DNA of 64,000 nt from Squalus acanthias. Taxonomy: Eukaryota. The notes under the pieces were generated by a model, which saw only the letters and a list, made by a program, of their open reading frames with translations, searched no databases and was not told the origin of the DNA. Below, in pieces: positions 13,146-26,752 of this stretch (position 1 is the stretch's first letter; each line of letters starts with the position of its first letter). The translations under genes were made by a program, and so were the position numbers. The DNA lies in contig CM059432.1 in NCBI GenBank assembly GCA_030390025.1, positions 19,284,001 through 19,348,000 on the forward strand, read 5' to 3'.

Positions 13146-14115
13146 ATAAAAACAGAAAATGCTGAAAACGCTCAGCAGGTCAGGCAGCATCTGTGGAGAG
13201 AGAAACAGAGTTAATGGGGGTGATTTTGCCAATGGGGGCGTATTGGAGGCGGGACTGCTGCTTGTCGGGTTTCAGTCCCGCCTCCATCGACATCTGGCCA
13301 ACCCATGCTATTTTCCCAGCGGGCTTAGCAGGCCAATTAAGGGAAAGCCGGTGACGGAGAATGTCAACGTATGACGTTTCATCTGTCAAAAATTTTTGAC
13401 AGATGAATTGTCATCATTTGTCAGCTTTGAGAAGCTGTCAAACACTGACATTCTCTGTTGTTTGGTGAGTTCTTGTACTCAAGGCTCACCAAGCCTATTT
13501 CCTGAGCAGAAAGCAGATGGCTGTTGCATCGGAAAAAGCAGCAGCCATTCTGTCATCTCTGCCGTGGAGATGCCGGAGCCTCCGGATCCCCAACGATTGA
13601 AGCCTGTAGGAAGAAACAAAGGTGAGGAAACTTTTTCTAACACTTTTCACTCACCTCACATACTTACCTCTCCACACTTGCACCCATCACTCACCTCCAC
13701 GGTGCACTTTTGGACCCCTCTCATCTCCACAGACTCACTGCTCGCCTCGCTGACCCTGGCGGGGTTTCCCGACGTCGGGAAGCTCGCAACTCTGTTGGAA
13801 AAATGGGGATAATCCTCGTAACTGCCTGTTAACTATCTGTTAACAGGCAGTTAAGTGGCTGTAATCCCCTTCCCGCCTCCAGGAGACGGGACCCGGCACG
13901 GGTCGGGTACCCACCTCCTGGGAAGATGGCACGGAGGCGGGATGGGGGCAGGATGGGTACCCGGCCCCCAGATTCTGCCATTCTCCCACCTCCAAACCCG
14001 CCTCCCCAGAGTTGGCAAAATCACCCCCAATATTTCAGGTTTGTTACCTTTCATCAGGACTGGAAGAAGTTAAAGATTTAACAGTTTATAAGCAAGTACA
14101 GAGCCAGGGAAAAGG
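13146..14115 (-). mobile_element. Penelope terminal repeat with hammerhead core, split by a Harbinger MITE
   Basis: Reverse complement reads CCAGTC CTGATGA A AGGT AACAA ACCT GAAAT ATT [MITE] ATT AACTCTGTTTCTCTCTCCACAGATGCTGCC. Confidence 0.85.
13216..14028. mobile_element. Harbinger MITE (813 bp)
   Basis: Perfect 17-bp TIR GGGGGTGATTTTGCCAA; 3-bp TSD AAT/AAT. Confidence 0.95.
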
Positions 14116-14639
14116 CTGTGAGGGCGTGGGCCGAGGTGTTTTTTTTCATATTAGGCAGGCAGTAATATAATTTGCTATCTTGAATAAATACGGTACAATT
14201 TACTGTAATACAGTTTAATTAATGAAAAGAAGAAATCTAATATCAATTTGCATCTGTGTGAGAGAGAGAGAGAGAGAGCAGGTAATTTTGGAACTATTTA
14301 TTCTCCTAGTCCTCATAATTATTCTGAAAATACATCCAATTGCAGATAATTCTGTAAAAATATAATGTTGGTGAAATGCAAGTAAGAACGTTACCAGTAT
14401 TGGAGGCAGACACTTTCCCTTCAGTGTACTGCTTGGTGCACCAGACAAGCGTGATCCCAGGTACGCTTCCGCACACGCTGCACCCCGGGATTCGTGGGCC
14501 ATTACGCTGCCCTGAGTGCGCAGCGTCAGAGAGCATGTTCGCGAAGGAGGGTCCCCATCAGGTAAGCTCGTATTTTATTTGGGTGCCGGCGGCGTACTCC
14601 GTAGGTACGCCGCCGACCGCAAAATCTGCCCCAATGTTT

Positions 14640-14765
14640 CCACCATTCTCTGAGATGAGATCAGCTAAGTCAGCACGTGCAGATCAGAGATTGAACCTGG
14701 GGCCTTCCTGTCCTGGACGGTTCAGTGGGAGGTGATATATTTCCCAAAGAACCACTGGGGGAGCC
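14640..14765 (-). mobile_element. tRNA-derived SINE head (LF-SINE-like); related pieces near 22850-23130, 28370-28530, 40480-40639 and 47547-47700
   Basis: Minus strand CCCCAGGTTCAATCTCTGATCTG..GCTGACTTAGCTGATCTCA with a B-box-like motif. Confidence 0.55.
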
Positions 14766-16013
14766 CTTCAGTTTAAGAATGGAAAATGATCCACTTAATT
14801 GTTTGGTCATCACTTTGCATAATTATTGGGTGATTGCCTCCTAAATGCCCTTAAGACCAACACAGAACAACATTGCTGTAGGTTGCACAAGCACAATATC
14901 GGCATCGAAATGCAAAGGACATGACACATTGGAAATCAGCTTAAAATAGAAATGACATCAAGCCCCTCAAAATTGGTTGCTTTACAATACAATTGACACA
15001 TTTTACGCTGTGCGTGTTGCTGTCCCAAGTATAAATAAAGTCATTCAAAAATTGATTCACGATAAAAATCAACCCACATTACTATATTCACCATAAAATG
15101 TATTGAATCCACTCCAACATCTATTTCTTTACAAATTGATTGTGACACCTTTCATATTAAATAATAAACGGCAGGCTGGACAAACTCAAATTCTTTTCAG
15201 TCCTAGTTTATTAACTAACATGTTATATACCGAACTGGCACACGTGTAATCAGAATAAATGAGCAAAATTCACGAAAGATTAGTGCCTGCTGATCTAATT
15301 AATTATTCATGCAGTATATTGCCTGAAGCTATGATGCTAAACTAATGTTTGTTTGTTTTTACATATTACCTAATTTATCGCCAAATCATTTATTGCTTTG
15401 TACTGAATTAGGTGAATTATAAATGGGATAACTGAGAAAACTTATTTTAGATTGACATCTAAGATTTTCAAAGTTACGGAACAAGCAAGTCACACTTAGT
15501 GCTATATTGCATTAAAGGAAGATATTAGTGAAAGGTTTATTGTATAATATCTACTCTAAGCAAGGCAGCAGGCAACGCTTATAATGTGCAAATGCGTAAC
15601 GGGGTGAGGTTCCACTTAAAAAGGTCAGACGGTGTTTATCATTTCATTTTACTTTTCATGACTCTTCTGTTCATCAGGGTGAAGGATGTCAGTGATGCAA
15701 AATGGGACACCTTCTATTCCAGACACCTGAAATGATTATCAAGCAATTCTGCATATTAGCCTGGTTAGATGTGAGAAAGCTTCTTTCAGTTCTGCCTGAG
15801 CAATTTGCTTCACATCAATGTGAGGGGTTTTAGTGCCGGGGAATGGAATTCTGACTCCTGGAGGGCAGCCAGCACGCAGAAAACCCCAGAGAGAAGGGGA
15901 GGAGAAACGATCAGCAAGGAAATAAAATGCCTTGGGTCTCTTAAATGTACTAAACTGTTATTTCAAAGACAAAAGAAAGGTCATGTTAAAATGAAAGGAA
16001 AAGTAAATACTTT

Positions 16014-18655
16014 GGGCTGAATTTTTCCGGTGCTCAGGGTGCGGGTTTGGAGGAGGGTCAGCTGTCAAAATCGAAATGATTGACAGCAGGTTGGGAACCC
16101 GCTGTGAACCCGCCTCCATGTAAGTTTCCAGAGTGTCGGGTCTGCGATTTCAGAACAGACCCGACACCAAGCGGCGGGGGAGGGATTTAAGATACTTAAC
16201 TGCTTGTTAAGTGTTTGTTACCTACTATTTTGCCAGCTTTTCTCTATTTTACCACTTTTTTAACAGGGTTCACGCCGTTCGGAGATCATGTCAGGTAAGT
16301 AGGTTGGGTTCTCTATGTCTCCCCATTGCTGTGAATAGGTGACAGCTGCAAAACTGGCATGAAAGCTACCATTTCACGGCTGGACACTTTCCAACGTCAG
16401 AAACTTGAGCCTTCAGTACTTGGCAGACACTTTTGAGCTGTATGCAGTTTGGAAGGCCCCTATTTTATCGGCAGTGAGAGGGCAGGTTTGGAGGCGGGTC
16501 AAAGCTTAAAATTGTTTTGATTGACGGCAGCCTCCAAACAATTTTCCCAAGTGTCGGGTCCCCGATTTGCGCATGGACCCAATACCTAACAGCGGGAAGA
16601 GTATTAAAGCCACTTACCTGCCTGTTAACAGGTAGTTGAGAGTAGTTGACGGGCTATTTTTGAATTTTGTCACTTCTGCCTCAGGCTTCCCGACATCCGG
16701 ACACCGCGTCAGGTAAGTGTTGCGTGTTGTGAGTCTGCTGTAATGTTTCTTCATTGATGACAGCTGCAGAAGTGGTGTGAAGGATCCAATGGTGCACTGG
16801 TGAGTCTCAGAGGTAAGGAAATGTTGGGAAAATCATTTTTAATGCATTTACACATTTCTTTAGGTTACAAGTTTTGAAAACGATGTCTAGTGCCACCTCA
16901 TTGGGAGAACCTCTCTCACCTGTGACAGATTGCTCCTGTCACCTCACCTGCAGCTGCCATCTGTTCTAGCCTAAGGAGGGAGTCATTGGAGAGCCTAAGT
17001 GCAAGAGCTCACCTTTGTACAGTGATTGTCAGTGTTTGCAGCACCTCAATGCTGTCAAACACTGAGAAATGAGCTAACAAAAAAAATTGTGCGTGGTCCC
17101 TTTAAGAAAACCAGCTGATGACGCGTCATCAAATGACATCATCCGACCGGCTTCCTCTTAATTGGCCAGCAAGCCTGCAGGGCGGGCTTAACAAGGTCAA
17201 TCAACGTAAAATCACGTCCGTGGGCCGGATGCAGTTGGGGGCGGGACTGCAACCTGGAAACCACCTGACCCGCTCCCAACCCGCATCCATTGACAAAATC
17301 GCGGCCGAAGTGTTTGGTGTAAACTCTCTATCCAGTGTCACCTCATTGGAACAACCTCTCTCACCATTGACAGATCGCTTCTGTCATCTCAACTTCAGCT
17401 GCCATCTATTCCAGCAACATCGCTACCCTTGAAAAAATCTCACCTTGGTCCTCTGAATCCCTCCACGATCAGTCCCAACACCAGCATCACCAGTCACACC
17501 AACATCACTAACAACATCACCAACCTTCTCCGCAATCACCTGATGCTGCACAGGACACAGGGGCATCAGCACTCGACCACATTGCTGCCTGGGAGGCCAG
17601 CGATGGCATCACCATGGCCAGATTTACTGCACTTGATGCTGTACACCCTGGCTGCCACATGATGCGCCAGGTTAACACCACCCCATGCTATCACCATAAA
17701 GCATCCCTACAATGACCAAGCCATTCCTTTCACAATCATCACCATTGCGGGGATAGCATTATGTCTCACCATTCACTGCAACTCACTAAGCCACTTCCAA
17801 AGGTGAGCACAGATCTGTACAATAAGGCAAAGTGTTGAAAATAAAGATTTCAATGTTTGACAACACATTAGCAGAAAATTTACATGAACATTGCATAAAA
17901 CACCCAAGTGCCTACCCTTCTGTGTTGTTAGTTGGTATGATTGCACTAGGATGAGGGTGAGTGTGAGGGGTGGCTAGTGAGATGGGGGAGTGATAATGTA
18001 GATAGAGAGGGATGGGTGGAGGTGCAAGGTAAGTTGGTGTGAGTAAGGATGTGTAGGAGTAGGATAAGGAAGGCAGAGTTATGGGGATGTGATGAGTGGC
18101 ACAGCAGGATAAGGTTGAGCGTGGCTTTGCAGTAACATTTCGTGATCTACTGAGATCATTGAAAGGTTTGCACCACTGAAGCCTGGTCCTCCTGACGACA
18201 TCCCTGCTTTTGTCCTCCTGTGCAATGTGCAACCAGCCTGCGTTGGTGTCCTGGGGAGGTCTCTTCCTCCCAATGAAGGGAAGAGAACCTCCCTGCATGC
18301 TGTGACTTCCTCCATAAGATTATGGAGGGAGTCATGTGAGAGCCTGGGTGCAGCTGTGCACCTTTGTGCAGTGCTTGTCAGTGTTTGCAGCACCTCAATG
18401 CTGTAGAACACTGACAGCACAACTATCAAAATAAATGCGGCCATGGTCCCTTTAAGGAAACCGGCTGATGACACGTCATCAAATGACGTCGTCAGACCCG
18501 CTTCCTTTTAATTGGCCGGGAACTCCGCAGGTTCGGCTTAACAAGCCCTATAACAGAAAATCCTTTTTACAGAGCGGCTGCAGCCGGGAGCGTGACCGGA
18601 ACCCGCCAACCACCTCTCCCGCCGCGATCCCGCCTCCGCTGGTGAAATCACGGCC
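16014..18655. mobile_element. Internally deleted Harbinger carrying the Q/H-rich transposase leader (+, about 17420-17620) and Myb exon 1 (-, about 18135-18360)
   Basis: TIRs GGGCTGAATTTT / AAATCACGGCC, TSD TTT/TTT; AAPRLSHDSL..EVLFP and GWLHIAQE..QWCKPFNDL. Confidence 0.88.
16455..17306. mobile_element. Harbinger MITE nested in the 16014-18655 element
   Basis: TIRs GGCCCCTATTTT / AAAATCGCGGCC, TSD GAA/GAA; inverted homologue of 24737-25611 and 27331-28184. Confidence 0.9.
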
Positions 18656-19126
18656 TTTGAGTTGCTCTAAAGTAGCAGTAAGTGAGAATTGAAGACTTTT
18701 CATAGAAAAATGTTCCAAAAAACCTTTCTTAGTATTGATAGCTATGAAGTAAGTAGAAAATGGTATAGGACCTTGTTCTACTTACCCTAAAGTGTATTTA
18801 AAATATACAAAGCAATTTAAATGTGTGGCACCTCAAAATTTATGTTCAATACAATGTTTGTCAGACTATTCATTGCTGGTCTATAGTAGAAGGGCAGGAA
18901 CATTTCTATTTTATATTGCGCAATACACTAGCAAGAAGACTGGTAGGCATAAGGTGGACTATGGGTACGCATTAGTAGCAGCTCCAGGTTATTTGCTGGA
19001 GCCTTCCTTTAACATATCATTGACATCTACTCTGAATCTTTCCAAAATCTTGCAATGTACAGTCAAGGTTCCAACAAGTATTTCTTCATGAAAAACACAT
19101 GATTAATTGCCACTGATAGTACTAAG

Positions 19127-19560
19127 TGTCAGCCTTGGCTCAGTGGTAGCACTCACGCCACTGATTTAGAAAGTCGTGGGTTCAAACCCCACTCCAGAGA
19201 CTTGACCACATAATCTAGGATAGCACTGGGGGAGCGCTGCACGATTAGAGGTGCTGTCTTTCAGATGAGATGTTAAACCGAGGTCCTGTCTGCCCTCTCA
19301 GGTGGCCATAAAACAACCCATTGCACTTTTTGAAGAAGAGCAGGAGAGTTCTCCCTAGTGTCCTGACCAATATTTATCCCTCAACCATCACCTAAAAACA
19401 GGTGATCTGGTTATTTATTTCATTGCTGTTTGTGGCACCTTGCTACATGCAAATTGACTGCAGCATTACAAGAATGACGACACTTCAAAGTGCTTCTTTT
19501 GCTGTAAAGCCCTGAGGTCATGAAAGGCACTACATAAATGCAAGGTTTTTTTTTCTTTCC
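19127..19560 (+). mobile_element. Deu-domain SINE (SacSINE1-like)
   Basis: A box, B box, Deu core and tail as at 955-1420. Confidence 0.9.
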
Positions 19561-19830
19561 TAGGACAGCCATAGTACCACAAAGACCATTGTATGAGAAA
19601 TGATTGACATTGAGAAAAATGAGGGTTGTATGAAGAAAACTTCATGGGCCCTGGAAATCTATTTGTAATGAGGGCAAGTACAAACATAACTTTTGCACCC
19701 ATTTCAGAATTAATCATAATCCCTACCCCTGCCAGCACAGGTGCTGAGCAACTGGGTCCACAACTATAGATTGTAGAGGGAGATTACTGATGGAGGTTGA
19801 GATTATAATTTAGGTGCCATTATCATTGCA

Positions 19831-21100
19831 TAATCTACTGGAATTTTTTGAGGATGTAACTGGTAGAATAGATAAGGGAGAACCAGTGGATGTGGTGTAT
19901 TTGGACTTTCAGAAGGCTTTCGATAAGGTCCCACATAAGAGATTAGCGTGCAAAGTTAAAGCACAAGGGATTGGGGGTAAGGTACTGACTTGGATAGAGA
20001 ACTGGTTGGCAGACAGGAAGCAAAGAGTTGGAATAAATGGGTCTTTTTCCGAGTGGCAGGCAGTGACTAGTGAGGTACCGCAGGGATCAGTGCTAGGACC
20101 CCAGTTATTCACAATATATATTAATGATCTAGACGAGGGAACTAGATGTAATATCTCCAAGTTTGCAGATGACACAAAGCTGGGTGGGCATGTGTGCTGT
20201 GAGGAGGATGCAGAGAAACTCCAGTATGATTTGGACAAGTTGGGTGATTGGGCAGATGCATGGCAGATGCAGTATAATGTGGATAAATGCGAGGTTATCC
20301 ACTTTGGTGGCAAAAACAGGAAGGCAGATTATTATCTGAACGGCAATAGATTGGGAAAAGGGGAAGTGCAACGAGACCTGGGTGTCCTTGTGCACCAGTC
20401 GCTGAAGGTAAGCATGCAGGTGCAGCAGGCGGTTAAGAAGGCAAATGGTATGTTGGCCTTCATAGCGAGAGGATTCGAGTACAGGAGCAAGGATGTCTTG
20501 CTGCAGTTGTACAGGGCCTTGGTGAGACCACACCTTGAGTATTGTGTGCAGTTTTGGTCGCCTTATCTGAGGAAGGATGTTCTTGCCATGGAGGGAGTGC
20601 AGCGAAGATTCACCAGACTGATACCTGGGATGGCAGGAATGACGTATGAAGACAGATTGGGTTGATTGGGCTTGTATTCGCTAGAGTTTAGAAGAATGAG
20701 AGGGGATCTCATTGAAACGTATAAAATTCTAACAGGACTAGACAGACTAGATGCAGGAAGGATGTTCCCAATGGCGGGGGAGTCCAGAACCAGGGGTCAC
20801 AGTCTAAGGATAAGGGGTAAGCCATTTAGGACTGAGATGAGGAGGAATTTCTTCACCCAGAGAGTGGTGAACCTGTGGAATTCTCTACCACAGAAGGCAG
20901 TTGAGGCCAATTCATTAAATATATTCAAGAAGGAGTTAGATATATTTCTTAAGGCTAAAGGGATCAAGGGATATGGGGAGAAAGCAGGGACAGGGTACTG
21001 AATTTGGATGATCAGCCATGATCTCATTAAACGGCGGAACAGGCTCGAGGGGCCGAATGGCCTACTCCTGCTCCTATCTTCTATGCTTCTATGTTTCTAT
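19831..21100 (+). mobile_element. 5'-truncated, young CR1 LINE (RT domain and 3' UTR)
   Basis: YLDFQKAFDKVPH, PQGSVLGP, FADD; single in-frame TGA at 20663-20665; tail CTATGCTTCTATGTTTCTAT. Confidence 0.97.
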
Positions 21101-22334
21101 ATGTGACTGATAGAAGGCAAACTAGATGGACCTTGGTCGTTTTTCGTCTAGCAATTCCTATTATCCTAGGTGCCTTAATTTGCCATCCCGTTTGCAAGAA
21201 AGCCTCAAGAAGGAGTTTTCAATATGAAAATAAGTGTATTGGAGAGTGATTACAATTAGGGAACTAGGCAAGTTAATCTTCAACCTACTCATTCAGAATC
21301 TTCGCAGTTCCCCCCGACACTGACTCAAGTATATCTTGGTGAAGATTTATTGAAATTGCAATTGTGCTTTGCCTGCATTCTGCGAGTGATGTGGGGCCTC
21401 ACTGAGCTCATTGGGAAACACTACTGAAAAATCACTCGATGCTGAGACCCCGAAATAAAATTGCAGGTGTACGAAAGGGAAAATGAAGTGGCACAGATTT
21501 GAGCTTGTACATTCTTCCAAAAGAAAATTGTACCATTACCCTGAATATAATTTATCAAGGCAACTAATCCTACTTGAAACTCTCTAACACCCTCAATATC
21601 ATCTATTACCCTATAAAAGGGAATATTAAAGAATCATCTGATTATAATGATCCTTCCGAGGAAGGTCTCCTTCCTGTTGCAGGAGGAGAGGTGGTTTTGT
21701 CCACACTCCCAGACACCAGCTTGAAGCATGGATGCGCGAGGTTAGATAATTTGACCACAACATCTCAAGAGAATACTCCAGGCTTCCCCACATGCACACA
21801 CTCAACAAGAACTTTAACAGCACAGGTCAATTCCCAAATGGATGATTGTTCACATTATCCCCGTAGGATACCCTTGTTCTGCGCACACATGGATCCATGC
21901 TTTCCCATATAGAAACCCCATTCAATGGCTGCAGGCTTCTCTCACATAGGCTCTTCAGGTCTCTGGTCAAGGGCTTCAAGATTTCCTTAGGACACATGCT
22001 TCGCAGACCTCAGATGGATTTAAATGTCACCGCATCAACATTTCAATTTTTAAAATTGCCTGTATTTCTATGGAACTTCCAGCATTTAGGTCCTGAACTT
22101 CTATGGGGACTCTCCTGGTCTCCCATTGTAACTTTGGCAGGAGACCAGCAGAGCCTTCAGGGAATTGGCAAAAATGGTTGAAAACAGCCTCGTTTCCCTT
22201 GGGGCTTTGCCAGTCCCTCACGGATGTCAATGTAATAAACCAGGAGAATCCTTACAAGATTTTAAATTCTAGTAAAATTGCTGCTAGGACATGAGCCATG
22301 AAATTTAGCTCTGCTAGTTGTTTCTGAGTACATT

Positions 22335-22595
22335 TCACGGAATCATGCAGCACAGAAGGAGGCCATTCAGCCCATTGAGCATGTGCTTGCTCTTTTAAAG
22401 AGCTATCCAATTAGTCCCACTCCCCTGCTCTTTCCCTATTGCCTTATACATTTTTACTTTTCAAGTGTATACCCAATTCCCTTTTGAAAGTTACTTTTGA
22501 ATCTGCTTCCACCACCCTTGCAGGCAGTGCATTCCAGATCATAACAACTCACTGTGTAAAAACAATTCTCCTCATCTCCCTTCTGGTTCTTTTGC
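22335..22595 (-). mobile_element. CR1 3' end
   Basis: CACAGAAGGAGGCCATTCAGCCC stem-loop; minus-strand IWNALP..VVEADS. Confidence 0.85.
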
Positions 22596-24410
22596 CTCAT
22601 TCTGTAAAATAAATAGCTTTTTGCCCTCATTAAAATAGTAGTTAAGCCTTCATATATTAATCACACAGCATAATCTCTCGGCTAGAATTATTTAGCTAAC
22701 ATTAACTGTTGGTATTTAACTCAGCACAAAACCAAGCCTTTTAGGATTGAAGTTTGGCACAGCCTGCCTGATCAAATGGCTCATTTTCAAATTTTGAACT
22801 CTGCTCTGAACTTGGTCTGAATCATTTTATATATAGAATAATAGGTCACCCAGGGCCGCAGTAGAATTGGCCGTGCTGCTCCTGGATTAAGGAGGGGAAG
22901 ACCCTTTAGGATTCTAGCTCCTGATTGCTATCTGCTGCCAGTGCATATGTGAGGATATGGGATGAAGGAGGGATCGGCTGTAATTTACCCACTGCGAATG
23001 AATAGCTTGCGACACTCTGTCAAGGGTTGCACATGAACACTGGCCAGTTAAGCAAAGTAGCAGGGGGCGATTCACACTTGTGGAACTGTGCCCGTGCAAA
23101 CACTGAACAACTCAGCATAAAATGTGTAAATGCATTACCACCATCCTCCTGGCCACAATTATTGCCCTTTGTGCGAGGCATTGGTGCTCTCAACTACGAT
23201 AATTCCACAAAGAACCAAATGAAGCTGGCATGATCTATAAGGATTAGTTCAATATTTACACTACCTATTGTAATGACAAGCCATCCAGTGAAATACTTGA
23301 TCCATTTTTGTTTCCCAATATCCAACTAAACTGTAACATTGGATGCTTACTTACTGGTACAACTGCTCCAGTTACAATTTAGACTTAGATTGTAAACAGT
23401 TCAAATCAAATGCAACACTAGATGCCTGCCATTTCCGATAATTCCTAGGTAAATAACAAATCAAACTCGCTTTCTGCGAGTGCTTATGTTTCTTTGTTTT
23501 GCTGAACCTCCTCACCATGATGCACTTTACAGAATTTCTTTCCTGTTAGTCATCAACTGACTCATTTGCAAGTTGTACATCAGCAGAACTGGAAAAAAAT
23601 GTACCTACTGGCAACGCAAAGAGACCTTTCTCTTTACTGTCAAATTAAAATAAGCGATAGCAAATGAAGACACACATAGAACATTAGTATCACTGCATGG
23701 AAAGAAATTGTGCCTTATTGATGGTCAAGTTTCAATAAATGTAAACTTACATTTACATTCATTCAGATCTTTAGAGATATATATGTGTTTCATAAAAATA
23801 ATAATGGACTATATGTACAATGTAAAATGTTCATTTTGTCCTGTAATTCTAATATTCTAATACCCAAATACAAGTTTTGTCCTTTTATCTCCGGTGTCAC
23901 AGCTTGTACCACGTGGACCAGTCATAGAAGCAGACGTGTAATCGAGATTACATTCCATGAAGCCCCAGAGCAGGGCCTCGCACACAGCCCACACATATCG
24001 GGTAATCGCGGGGTTGCTGCCTTGTAATATTGATGGATTCCCACTACTCTTAGTTGGCAAAAGTGTGCAGCAGGGCATCCACCCCACTGTTTGCGCATGG
24101 CGCTCTCACCTAAACTTTTGGGTTTGGCCTTCATTAAGTGTGCAATGCCAGCTCCCAGCCACAGAGTGACCTGCCTCTGGACACTCGCATGGAATGAGGC
24201 TGGATTGCGAGTGCTGTTGCAGTTATTTAAAGTACTGCAGCTGTGAAGTACAGGATGCTTGCCTCCTTTTGGTTGCCAAACTGTACTCACGCTTACATTT
24301 TGCCATTGATAAAAATCAAATTAGAGCTGCCACATTATACAGTAGGAAAGAGAATGCACAAACAAGGAACCATTGTACTATTTGCCCAACGTTCATTGTT
24401 AAGTGACAAA

Positions 24411-24644
24411 TGGGGTCAGTAGACTTACCGCCCTGATAACTCCTGACAATCGGCCCACTGCCACTTTCACAGGGGTCTACCACTGAGCAACCAAAGCGTC
24501 TGCCATAGGACCCCGATTTGCATTTTAAAAGGGGTCTACCACCTGAAACAGGCAGACGCTTTGGTCGCCCAGTGGCAGACCCCTGTGAAAGTGGCAGTGG
24601 GCCGATCGTCAGGAGTTACCAAGGCGGTAAGTCAACAGACCCCA
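24411..24644. repeat. 94-bp-arm inverted repeat with 46-bp spacer
   Basis: 24411-24504 is a near-perfect reverse complement of 24551-24644. Confidence 0.92.
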
Positions 24645-24736
24645 ATTGAGGCTGTTGCCAGCCTCATTCACGTCGATTTTGGCAGGATAAAATAGACGCC
24701 ATAGAGTTTGACAAAAGGTAATTTACCTGGAACATT

Positions 24737-25611
24737 GGCCGCGATTTTCTCGATTGATGCGGCTTGGGAGCGGGTCAGGTGGCTTCCGGGTTCCAGTCCT
24801 GCCCCCAACTACATCCGGCCCACAGACGTGATTTTACGTCAATTGGCCTTGTTAAGCCCGCCCTGCGGGCTTGCTGGCCAATTAAGACAAAGTCGGTCAG
24901 ATGACGTCATTTGATGATGTGTCATCTGCCGGTTTTCTTAAAGGGACCACGCACAATTTTTCTTTGACAGCTCATTTCTCAGTGTTTGACAGCATTGAGG
25001 TGCTGCAAACACTGACAATCACTGTACAAAGGTGAGCTCTTGCACCCAGGCTCTCCAGTGACTCCCTCCTTAGGCTAGAACAGATGGCAGCTGCAGGTGA
25101 GGTTACAGAAGCGATCTGTCACTGGTGAGAGAGGTTCTCCCAAAGAGGTGGGACTAGACATACAAATCAAAAATTGTTCCCTACAGAAAAGTCTAAATGC
25201 ATTAAAAATGAATTTCCCAACAGTTTCTTACCTCTGAAACTCACCAGTGCACCATTGGATTCTTCACACCACTTCTGCAGCTGTCATCAATGCAGATACA
25301 TTACAGCAGACTCACAACACACCGCACTTACCTGGCATGGTGTCCGGGCATCGGAAAGCCAGAAGTAGAAGTGTCAAAATTGAAAAAGAGCCTGTTAACT
25401 GCCTATTAACAACCTTTAACATGAGTTAAGTGGCTATAATTCTCTTCCCGCCGCTAGGTGTCAGGTCCACGCACAAATCGGGGACCCGACACTTGGGAAG
25501 ATTGATTGGAGGTGGGTTGACAGCGGGTTTCCTGCCCGCTGTCAATCTTTGTGATTTTGTCAGAGCTCCCGCGTCCAAACCCGCCCCCTGAGCGCCGGCA
25601 AAATTCTGGCC
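24737..25611. mobile_element. Harbinger MITE (875 bp) inserted in a Penelope terminal repeat
   Basis: TIRs GGCCGCGATTTT / AAAATTCTGGCC; flanks ATT/ACT; right flank continues AACTCTGTTTCTCTCTCCGCAGATGC. Confidence 0.92.
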
Positions 25612-26427
25612 ACTAACTCTGTTTCTCTCTCCGCAGATGCGACCTGACCTGCGGAGTAGTTCCAGCATTTTCTGTTTTTATACTAAGTATTACTAACTGT
25701 TGGGATAGACATACTTAGGCTGGGGAGCAGTGAGGCTGGGTAAGTGGAAAAAAGGAAAAAACTGAAATAATAGAAGGAAATTTCATTGTTAAAAAAAAAT
25801 TGCAGCTTTAAATCTGCTTTCCAATGGAAGTAAAACCACCCCTTGCAAACTTTTGAAGTCTAGTGGGAGTTTTTAAACTTTGAATACTATTTCCCCATTG
25901 CCATTAATGGAGCAATCCAGTTCAACAGTACATCTTCTGATCCTTTTTTTTCTTTGTTCAAGAGGCTCATGCTCTAAGGGGTACCATTATCAATTTGCTG
26001 CTGGTTGCATTTAACAGGCAGCTTCTCAAGTGTTTATTTTTCCATTTAATTCTTTTTTAAGTGCAGATTTCAGACATAAATTGCCGCAATCCCAATCTGA
26101 ATTCAGTTTACTGTCTCTGATTCACAGTGAGCCTGGGGACAAGTTGCAAGACTGCTGTGTTACAGCCGCATTAAAGTGAGGTTGTGCTTGGCTGACACTG
26201 GCTGCAATCATAAGCGTGTGAAAAAATAATTACTGTGAGCGGCAGATTAAAAATAAGCTTGTTAGTTAAAGTTTTATGCCATTGTAAGAGTACTGAAGTG
26301 CAACCCTCTGGTAATGTCACTCCACATAAAGGTAGTGTGTTATCCAGTGAACAATTCAGAAGATTTTGTTGTGCTACCTGGGGTCTTATTCTATATTACA
26401 AAAGCAAAATACTGCGGATGCGCGAAA

Positions 26428-26752
26428 GCAAATTATTATTTAAATGGAGTGAGACTACAAAATGCTGTGGTACAGAGGGATCTGGGGGTCCTAGTACATG
26501 AAACACAAAATGTTAGCATGCAGGTACAGCAAGTAATTAGGAAGGCTAATGGAATATTGGCCTTTATTGCAAGGGGTATGGAGTATAAAAATAGGCAAGT
26601 TTTGATGCAACTTTACAGGGCGCTGGTGAGACCGCACCTGGAGTACTGCATACAGTTTTGGTCTCCATATTTAAGGAAGGATATACTTGCATTGGAGGCA
26701 GTGCAGAGAAGGTTCACTCGGTTGATTCCTGGGATGAAGGGGTTGACGTATG
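26428..26752 (+). mobile_element. CR1 RT internal fragment
   Basis: NYYLNG..QRDLGVLV..LYRALVRPHLEYCIQFWSP. Confidence 0.92.

Noticed and set aside
21645..21658. Match to the 18S rRNA 3' end (CGGAAGGATCATTA, minus strand)
   Set aside because: Only 14 nt with no flanking rRNA similarity
21574..22294. Cluster of short ORFs as possible host exons
   Set aside because: No recognisable domain or convincing splice pair
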